A program made the translations under genes and the position numbers. This document shows, piece after piece, positions 53,828 through 64,000 of a DNA stretch of 64,000 nucleotides (positions within the stretch are counted from its first letter, which is position 1; every line of letters begins with the position of its first letter). The DNA comes from Epiperipatus broadwayi (lineage: Eukaryota; Animalia; Onychophora): positions 4,278,001 through 4,342,000 of the forward strand of contig JAQFVV010000007.1 in the NCBI GenBank assembly GCA_028023455.1, in the 5' to 3' direction. A model generated the notes under the pieces. It did no database searches. It saw only the letters and a list, made by a program, of their open reading frames with translations, and had not been told where the DNA came from.

Positions 53828-56143
53828 AATATTCTCATGCACCCCTTCTTATAGCAAAAACCTGACTATGAACCAACATTTGACAGTTCCCAATCACAAC
53901 AAATCGATAAAACTTTCACATCAGCACAATATGGCAGCATTATATTCCTCTTCATCAACCAATCGGTATCATAGATATTTGGTTGCTTAACTATTCTATT
54001 ACTATAGCTGTGATTACTGGCAAATCATCATTGTTATTATTCAAATCCTATAGAACCCCTCAATCATATACACGAAAGTAGATAAATAGAATTAGTAAAT
54101 TTTAGAATTGGGTTTTTAAAATCATTTTCTCTGTAAGATAGTTTTTTTTTTTTTTTTAATTCAAATGATACTTTTTAAATATATTAATGGTGTAAAACTT
54201 TCAGATTAATAATTTAAAACTTAAAGTGTGTTCTTTTTCAAAAAAGCCATTATATAAATATTTCATTTCTTAAAAAGCATTAGATTGGCAATTTTCAAAT
54301 TAAAAAATTTACATAATTACTCGTATAATGTTATGCACCGTGAGAAGTAAGCTATTAATAATCAATTGCAAAAAATGTTATCAAAGTCTAATTGTCTTTG
54401 ATTAATATAATAATTTAATTAAATAATTGATAGTGTCCAATAAAACCCCTATGATTAATCTGATTAATTCACGCATTTAATTATCAGCAGATCATTCATT
54501 ACAAAAATTTAATTCTTTAAAACTACATTTAAAAGGATTTAATTCATGTGTATAATTAAATTATATGTATACATTATTAAAATAAGAAAAAAAAGTAGGG
54601 TAAATAAATAATTTTGTGATCTTTAAACGTAATCTGTAAAATGATTTATTTTAACTAAAGAATTATTTACAAATGAGAAATTATGTTGGAGATGTATTTT
54701 GATATTTATACATTCATTCAAATGATTCTCGAAATGTCTTTGAATCGAGTCATTAAGAATGCCATTCTTATCAGAGAACGAGTCAGAACACACTTCTTAA
54801 AATAATTTAATGCCCGATCTCGCTGATAACTTAACTGTTTAATGACTGTTGGAATTTAAGATAAATTATATCTAAATAATGAATATCAAATATTCTAAAC
54901 TGTTTGAGAAGGATTTACTTTTTGATAGAATCATTATTTTAATCTTGAACCATCGGTTACCTATGATCTATCTAACAGTTACATGAATTTGACATTTTCA
55001 TTTTTACATCTTGTAATTCATAAGATTAGCCTGAGTATAAATGCAGTATATTTACCTAAAAAACTCATTCCTAATAGTTATCGATGTGCAACTGACCATC
55101 AACCAAGTTCTCAGAACAAATATTATTAAATCTAATAAGTTTAAATCATAGTTAATTTTGCTACCAACATATGCATTCCTAAAATTACCCCCCTCTCCCA
55201 AAATCTCTTTGATGGTTAATAATGCTATAATCCTAAGCAACAAAGAATAAAATCATTTTTCTCTAGCTTTTCTGATTCTAATGCTGCAACATACATAGTA
55301 ATAAAATGAATCCAGATATTATTTTGCCAAGCGATTATTATTACCATTTTTTATTGATACAAAAATAAATTCTAAGAATAGAAGATATTTAACTGAATCT
55401 CACAAACTTTCTAAAAAAAATTTATGCGATTTACCTGATAAATTAAACTTTTCCCCTCTAATATTTAATTAAGAATAGCTTTATCAGTATTAAACATTAG
55501 CAACTAATTTTCTCCATGAAGCCTTGAATTTTGCACATTCATACAAGTATATTTAAAAAAAATAAGTTATTTTTATTATTTAAATTTTTTTGCTATCATT
55601 ACCATTATCGATATTGTGAATATTTTAGAATACATATGAATAATATTTCAGGAGTGATAGCTTAATCATATTTTATGTATCAGTCCATTTTAGACTATCT
55701 TATATAGTCCTACATTTGTAGAGGGCAAATGGATTTCCAAGTAAGTCTGTCTATATATAATAATTTTCTGAGTGGAAACATGTCCTAAATTCAGTTCATT
55801 GGTTGGACTACAAAAAAAATTACCTCCCTTTCATATTTAGTTTCAGCAATATTTAAATTTCATCTTTTGTTAGAGAATTGATGAAAGTCTTTGAAAAAGA
55901 TTACTGAATAATCAAATATTGACTTTTCGTAATAAAATTTAAGCACTATTAAAAGCACGGGTAAAGGGAAAGTGATTTCCTTGATAGTGAAGAAAATTAA
56001 TATTAAAAGAAAAAAAAAGCTATTTTAATAACAATCATAATAGTTGAACTGTCTCATGCAAGATAGTAACAAATAACTTTCTTTCTTCTATATCTCTTTC
56101 ATCAATATCTTTGCATATTTTACAATCATTTGCATATCACATA

Positions 56144-57676
56144 CCAATATCAGCCTTTCAAGCTAATTGAGCACGCACTTTTTGAGAATGTTAAATAAAT
56201 GAATACTCTCCTCTTCAATCCAAGATATAGTATTTATGCAGGAATAAAAAGGATCCTCTTATTCCTACAACTCAAATTCTTTTATATGAGCAAATCTGAA
56301 GTACTGTTGAGGAGAGTGTGAGTAGAATTCTTACTTTAAATTACTATTTACGATGTTTTTTGACTGAATGACGTTGGTGAAATTACTTAGAATTTACTAA
56401 ACGTCATTCCTACTGAAACTTAATTATGAGTAAATAAGCAATTATTTTATCTAGCACCATGTTTACAATTATATTACATTCCAATATCAGCCTTTCAAGC
56501 TAATTGAGCACGCACCTTTTGAGAGTGTTAAATAAATGAATACTCTTCTCTTCAATCCAAGATATAGTTTGCCACTCTCCTTGAAAGTCAAACTTTCACA
56601 AGTTGCCCTGCTGCTATTAGCATATCTATATCCAACAAATGCTGCTACATTCATTGCTGCATAAGGATCCTCTCTCATAGATCTATTTTTTAGTTCTCCT
56701 ATAAACCTAAAAACCTCATTTCATTTCACTGCAGTCTCATTTTCTGATCACATCTGTGTAACACTCATGCAAAAATGCCCACATAACAAACAAACTATAT
56801 ATAAATTCTCATATACGGAACAACTCCCTAGACAATTCAAACTTACCATAGATGATTTCTGTAATATATTAATAGTAAGCAACCACCTACATCAGATGAA
56901 AAATCTCTCTCCAATTGAAAAATGGTCTCAACTCAAAAAAATATTAAACATGTGCTGTTCAGATTGTCTATCACACTATAACTCTAATAACCTTATAAAG
57001 CAATGTATTGAAGACATAAACTCAACCCTTAAAGCTATAACAAGGTTTGATGAGGAAAAAGATCTTATCCATAAGCTCCAATGTAAAAACAAACATTTAA
57101 CTCAGTTATGTAACCAGAACAACATGGTTTTTAGGCTGAGAAAAATTTTACCAAATCTATCAGCACTAACGAAAACCACAATAAATTATGCAAAATTTCC
57201 AATCCCATATGCTTGTGGCATTTCTATTCTATCAAAAGATAATTCACTCCTCTCTGGTACTTATGTTGATGAGGCATTTCTGCACCACTTGAATATTTCC
57301 CTTAAAAAAATCTCATAGCTCTTCACAGTTATTTACAAATGAAACAAACTATACACAAAATTACTACATATCTAAACAACAAGTTTTTGATGAAATAGTG
57401 TATTTAAAACAACATAAATCACTAGCAAATGACCTCATTCCAGCTAACATATATAATCAAATGGAATACATTATATCTCCATTCCTACAGAAATACTATA
57501 ATCAACTTTGTTTGAAGAATATCACATCCCTAACTTATCTACAAATATAGTATTCTGTATAAGAAAAAACTCTAAAAATCCATATCCAACAGTAAATGAT
57601 TTGCATCTCATTACATTAGAAGAAATTGATCAGAAAATGTTTGCTAGAATCATACTCAAACAGTTAAATATCTATT
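56144..57676 (+). mobile_element. L1/Tx1-clade LINE, 5' part (EN C-terminus to RT N-terminus)
   Basis: YLYPTNAATF..SSLIDLFFSS..SFSDHICV (APE end), ORF 56767-57318, and LITLEEIDQKMFARIILKQL (RT motif 0/1). Confidence 0.75.
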
Positions 57677-60562
57677 ATCATCATCATCATTATCAATCCA
57701 CTGCAGGATGAAGGTCTCTCCAAGTTTAATCCATCTTCTCTGATCTTTAGCTTCTCTTCTCCACATCACCCCTACACACTTTCTTATTTCATCCATCCAT
57801 CTCACATGTGGTCTCTTTCTGGGTCTTTTACAATCTCTTGGAATACAGTTGAAAATTTCAATTGTCCATCTATTATCATCTCTTCTAGCAATATGTCCAG
57901 CCCAATTCCACTTCAATCTTTTAATTTTTTCAATGAGGTCAGTAACACCTGTTTATTCTCTTACCCATACATTGCGTTTTCGATCTCTTCTTGTTACTCC
58001 TAACATACATCTCTCCATACTTCTTTGAGTGGTCTGAAGTCTCTGTATTGCTCTTCTATTAAGTGTCCAAGTCTCAGATCCATAAGTAAGAACTGGTAAA
58101 ACACATTTGTTAAAAACCTTCCTTTTCAAACACATAGGCATATTTCCTTTTAGTATCAAGTTATTTCTACCAAAAGCACTCCAACCAAGTTTAATTCTAT
58201 GATTAATTTCCTCTATTATGTTTCCATCTATACTAATAATCTGACCAAGGTATTTGTAACTGTTAACTTCTTCTAATTCATCATAATCAATCTTTATTTT
58301 CATATTTTGAGCAAATCGATTAAACATTACTTTAGTCTTTTTAACATTTATCTTTAGTCCTACTTTCCTACTTTCATCTGATAATTCCTGCAACATATCC
58401 TGCAGCTCTGAAGCATTATTTGCAAAAACAACTACATCATCTGCGAAATCTAAATGACTTAAATAATCTCCATTTACTTTCACTCCTTTAGTTTCCCATT
58501 TTAATCCACAAAATACTTCTTGCAGCACTGCTGTAAAAAGTTTTGGAGATATGGAGTCACCTTGTCTTACATCTTTCTCAATGTTGACTTTCCCAGTCTC
58601 ATTATGAAATCTAATTATTGCTGTTGCATTTTTATAAATATTCTTTAAAATATGACAATATCCTGGATCTATACCTTGATGATCCAATGCTTTAATCACT
58701 GAAGAAAAGTTTATAGAATCAAATGCCTTTTCATAATCTACAAATCCAAAACATAATGACAACTCATATTCATTTGTCCTTTCTATAACTTCTCTCAACA
58801 CCTGGATATGATCTATTGTACTAAAACCACTTTTAAATCCAGCTTGTTTTCTTGGTTGGTGGAAAGCCAATGTTCTCTGTAGACGAGTTGTAATTATCTT
58901 GGTAAAATTTTTATATAAAACTGATAAAAGGCTGATAGGTCTGTAATTTCTAATATCTTCTTTATCACCTTTTTTAAATATTAATATTATTACTGCATTC
59001 TTCCAATCATCCGGTACATCTTTATCATTTAGACATTTGGTATATAACTTTGCTAAAAAAATTTCTATTTCTTCACCTACTTCTTTTAATATATCAATTA
59101 TAATTCCATCATTACCTGGAGCCTTTCCTTTCTTCATACATTTAATTGCATGACTCACTTCTTCATTTAAAATTCTGGGCAATTCGGAAGATGTTATAGA
59201 TATAGGAGGTACTTGTTCTTTATTACTATATAATTCTTGATAAAAATCTTCTACCAATTTCATGATGTCATCTCTCTTTTTAGTAATAATTCCATCTTTT
59301 TTTCTTATTGCAGATATAAATTTCCTACCAATACCAAAATGTTGTTTTACATTCTTAAGACTTTTATTTTCTTCTACAGCTTTCCTTGCTAATTCACAGT
59401 TATACTTTCTTATATCATTTTCAATTCTTTTCCACACCATTTTACATAATTTGAGATATTCAATTCTTTTTAATGCATCATTTTTGTATATATTTATATT
59501 CCTTCTTTTCTTCATAAATTCTCTAGTCTCAGTAGAAATTTTATTGGTCAATTGCTGCTTTTTTCTACCAGATATCTTTGTTGCAGTTTTTAAAAGTGTA
59601 TCAGTTATTTTCATATTAATTTCATTCAAATCTGAATCCTGTTCAAAATCTACTAATACTTAAAACCGATTTTTAAGTTCTAATTTAAATTCATTAGAAT
59701 GTTTCTGAAGATTAGGAATATCAACTGTAAATATTGTTTTTCTTAATAATTTTTGTCTCTCTAGTTTTACATTAACACGTATCTTACACCTTACTAATCG
59801 ATGATCACTTCCTGTGTTAAATTTATTAAGAACATTACAATCTTGAAACATGTATTTGCTGTTAGTCAAAATATAATCCAATTCTGCTGTACCTTCATTT
59901 GGATGCTTCCATGTCCATTTCCTTTTAACATTTTTTCTCAAAAAAAGAATTCATAATATAAAGTTTTTCTTTTTCTGCAAACTCCACAAGTCTATGTCCT
60001 CTCTCATTTCTATTACCATAACCAAAATTACCTACAGCACTTTCATCTTTCATTTGTTTACCAATTCTAGCATTAATGTCTCCCATAGCAATTTTAAAAT
60101 GTTGTTTACTCTGATCAAAAGCCTTTTGTACATCCATATAAAAATCTTCTACTACTTCATCACTATGAGAACTTGTTGGGGCATAAACCTGAACTATCTG
60201 CATTTGGTATCTGCTATTAAGTTGTATAACTAATCTTGCCACTCTGTCCGATATACCATCAATCTCCACAATATTGTTCTTCCACTTTTTATTTATAATG
60301 AATCCTACTCCACTTGTATTTCCAATATTTGTGCCTTTATAATAGAGTATATGTCCACTTTTTAAATCAATTGTCTCTTCACCTTTTCTTCTAACTTTCA
60401 CAAAGTCCAATAATGTCCCATTTAATAAAGAAAGTTCTTCTTCTAATTCTTGTAATCTTCCTTCACTTGAAAGTGATCTGCAGTTGTAAGTACCTAAATA
60501 AAAAGTCGTCATCAAATGGCAGCCTGGGTCTGCAATCAGGGCCCAGGCTGCCATTTGATGAC
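57677..60562 (-). mobile_element. RTE-clade LINE family A, near full length, frameshifted
   Basis: APE motifs GTYNCRSLS, VQVYAPTS, MGDINARIG and GSDH. 558-aa RT ORF at 57953-59629. (GAT)n tail. Confidence 0.96.
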
Positions 60563-62302
60563 CTAAAATTTCCACTTCACATTTTGCAGTCAAAGGGCAA
60601 AAAGCATCTCAAGAAATTTTATTAGCACAAGAAGCAATACTTTATATCAAACAGAACAAACTAACAAACTATGTGGCATGTCAGGTAGACTTCAAGTCTG
60701 CCTTTGACATTGTAAATTGGAACTTCTTATTCTCTGTACTAAATCAAATGCTTCCAAATCATACACACCTTGTTACAGCTATTAAAAACTATCTTAACAG
60801 TAGAACCATTAAACTTAAAAATTACATGAGACTCTCCCAACCCTTTAAGCCAAGTAGAGGTATCCCACAAGGCTCTCCACTTGCATCATTACTTTTTGCA
60901 TTATACATAGAACCCATGATTAAGAACATTGAGCACTGCATAGATGATATTTTTCTTCCACACCTAGGCACAACTGTTAAGATCATATCATATGTTGATG
61001 ATGTTTTGATAATATTCAGGGACCTGCAAAATATACCTATGATACTTCATAAACTGAAGAAATTTGAAACTATAACAGGATCCACGATATAAATAAACAA
61101 ATCATCCTTATGGCAAATTGCTACTGGTTGCAGTCTTCCCTCACTCTTTATAGGTTCATTTTCTTCCTTTCTTGGCATATCTATCAATCTTTCAAAAACA
61201 CAACTAAGTCATCACTTAAATCTTCTTGTCATAGACAATTTTAATTCAAAAATAAAGTGCTTCAACTCAAAATTACTATACCCTATAATGAAAGTTTGTA
61301 TCATCAATGCCATTCTAGGAGGTATTCTTGCCTATTACAGCCCTTGGATGCATCTCCAAAAAAAAACTATTAAATATTTCATGTGTATAGCAAAAAATAT
61401 ATATATGGGGATCAACATCACATCTTCTATCAATAGAAAATACCTGTTTTACAATATGCAAGGTTGGGCTTAACTTAATAGCTCCTCAATCATTCACATC
61501 CTACATTAGAGCTAAGATGTACATCATAAGGACAACTCCTCCACCTCTACTTCTGCTTGCTATTACTACATATGTGAATCACAACTTTTTCACTGATCAT
61601 GCCATTGAGCATGCTGATTTACGGGACAATTATAACATTAATACTCTAATTGGTTTGTCATATAAAGATCTAAAAAAAATAATTACTCTGATAGACAACT
61701 TTGGTCAACACTATATACTGCAAGAACACTAACTAAATTTCAAAATTTGTATGTGCCTCACTCATGATTAAAATTCCTGTAAATAATACCAACAAAGTTA
61801 TTTCTCATAAATCGATTTAAACTAAACATTGATCCTACTTGTATACTATGCAATTTACTCCCGGAAAATTCATCACATATCTTTGGGACATGTCCATACT
61901 TTTCAACCTTACATTGCTTTGTATTCCACAAAGATACAATTAATTTAAAAAATATCCTAATAAATAATATAAAGAAATTAAAACCATTCAATGCCCTTGT
62001 AACTGTTCACACTCTGAGAACAATATGGCTTTCCCATTGTGCTGTAATATTTGATAACAAAAAATACAATGTACTTAAAAAGAATAACAAAGAATGGTAT
62101 AACATTTGTCTTTATGCTCAGAAATATATACCTAGTAATGTCACAAAAAAATATGGCAAAGCAATGTATTCCTTAGTTGCTCATTAATGTGTTGATAATG
62201 CGATGACAGTAATCATCTTGTTTCAAATCATTATATTCTAAAAACATCCTAAGATATTACAAATTATAATAAAAAAATGTAAAAAGCTCTTAAAAAAAAA
62301 AA
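60563..62302 (+). mobile_element. L1/Tx1-clade LINE, 3' part (RT, CCHC finger, 3' A-rich end)
   Basis: KGQKASQEILLAQE, QVDFKSAFDIVNW, GIPQGSPLASLLFALYIEP and YVDD. CILCNLLPENSSHIFGTC zinc finger at about 61841-61895. A-rich end. Confidence 0.88.
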
Positions 62303-62449
62303 GTGCTTTCCAAACTTATTTGCATTAAAATATATATTGTTGTTATAAACTTTTTATTGATTTGGTTTCATATTTAAACAGGCCACAAGATTGAAGATTA
62401 TATATATATATATATATATATATATCTATATATATCTATATGAATAAAA

Positions 62450-62489
<40 letters not shown>

Positions 62490-62699
62490 CTTTTATTCAT
62501 ACTGTATATTTAAAATTTCTTGAGTAGTAATATGTAATAGATCTCCAATATGAAACAAAACTGTTGCTTAATAGAAAGTTTATATGTTTGTGTAGAATTT
62601 CTTTGATGTAATCAACAGTAAAATCTTATATAGATTCTAATGAAGAAATCCTTTTAGCAGTTGATAAAGCAATCTAAAATAGTGCTAAAATATAAGTAG

Positions 62700-63310
62700 T
62701 GGCATCTGGAACCTAAATATTTAGACTTTCTAATCAAGATAAACCTAAATGCTCTTCCTACAAATCATTTTCTGGTCACCTGTAGGGGTTTCTTGTGCAT
62801 AGACCAGGTCTGCCCTTTATGTCATAGGAAATATGAGACAATGTTGCATGATTTCTGTCATTGTACCTTGCATGAATGTTATAGAGACATAATAGCCTCC
62901 ATCTATATAAGCCAGAAGCCCACTCTTATTACCCTAATTAGTAGTATTGGCAATGATGTGTTTTCATCTATTAGGATTTCCACTTTCTTACTCTTTGCAT
63001 ATTGGTCCATTAGATGTATGCTTATCTTTAATCTTACCATTGATAATCCCCATCAATTATTCATATCAAAGCTTCGAACTATCCATGATAGAAACAAAAA
63101 ATAGCCCCTTTATTGATTTTTGAGAGTACATGGGACCTTCTTTCATTTTAGACTTTCATTTATGATGCTTGGGCTGTACATTTAGTTGTTCCTGATTGCA
63201 AGACTAGTTGTGTGATCCTCATCCCAGCTATGTTGTTAACTGTATTGCTTTCACCATTGTACTAATGTAAACATATTATATAATCAATAAAGTTCTTATG
63301 AGAAAAAAAA
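62700..63310 (+). mobile_element. Second L1/Tx1-clade 3' fragment
   Basis: LPTNHFL..CPLCHRKYETMLHDFCHC..YWSIRC..IF, then 3' UTR, AATAAA and an A-run at about 63303-63310. Confidence 0.8.
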
Positions 63311-64000
63311 TCTAAGCACAAAAAATTAATTCACTTAAAAATGTGTCCTTTCTTTTCAATCTATAAAAAAGATTAATGAATCAGTTTTTCAACAATATTT
63401 TATTCCAAGACTAATTTCATCAGACGCATTCAAGTGTTAGATATTCATTGTATGTAGAATACTATAACCAATTAAATTTTGTTTCTAATTTTTGGTATAT
63501 ATTGATTACATATGTGTTATAGATAAAATAAAATCTAACCATGATCTCTGCCTACTCATTGTTTTTAATAGCAAATCAATTTCTTCTTCAATTCTATCAA
63601 TTTGGGCAAATTGACATCAATTTATTACCTATATATTATTGTAGCTACTTATATTTTTTAACTAGGTTTATTATTATTCCATAAAAAACCAGATGGTCTT
63701 ACCTTACACATTACTTTTAAGTAGCAAATCTATTTCTTTAATTCCAGTACTATCTAATCATGCAAGCAAGTTGACTTAAATTCAAAACATTAAAACTGTT
63801 TTGAATTTCAGACAAATACTTCTATAGTAAAAAGGAAATGATGGCTACTGGAGGATCCAAGAAATTTAGGAGTATTACATCCAGATCTACAAACTATTAT
63901 GAAGCTATTGATAGGATAGCACTAGCAAAAGATTTATTATGTACTATCAGCAGGTATCTATTGATTTAAGTTTATACAAAGGGGTAGAACTGAAATGAAA

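Overview
Very AT-rich, repeat-saturated eukaryotic DNA (probably an invertebrate, with CpG-decay signatures), containing no host gene that can be securely identified. Nearly all long ORFs are retroelement-derived. (1) RTE family A (APE endonuclease + RT, (GAT)n tail): a near-full-length copy at 57677-60562(-), a 5'-truncated copy at 29425-31684(+), and short 3' fragments. (2) An older BovB-like RTE family B at about 44850-48130(+) and 36460-37135(-). (3) An L1/Tx1-clade element at about 56144-62302(+), split by the long RTE-A copy, plus a second L1 3' end. (4) A Penelope-like element (RT + GIY-YIG) with an inverted terminal copy at 20146-22472. (5) Decayed Gypsy gag/pol regions and a miniature LTR element with a tRNA-Lys primer-binding site (PBS). 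(6) DNA-transposon MITEs and relics, minisatellites, (TA)n arrays and many fold-back hairpins. The most interesting signals are a cluster of three minimal hammerhead-ribozyme motifs (one essentially intact) at 28.8-29.4 kb, a roughly 105-nt tRNA-Gly-derived SINE family with poly(A) and target-site duplications (TSDs), and a perfect 21-bp hairpin that buries the putative start codon at the 5' end of the long RTE. All calls come from reading the sequence by eye; no database searches were run.
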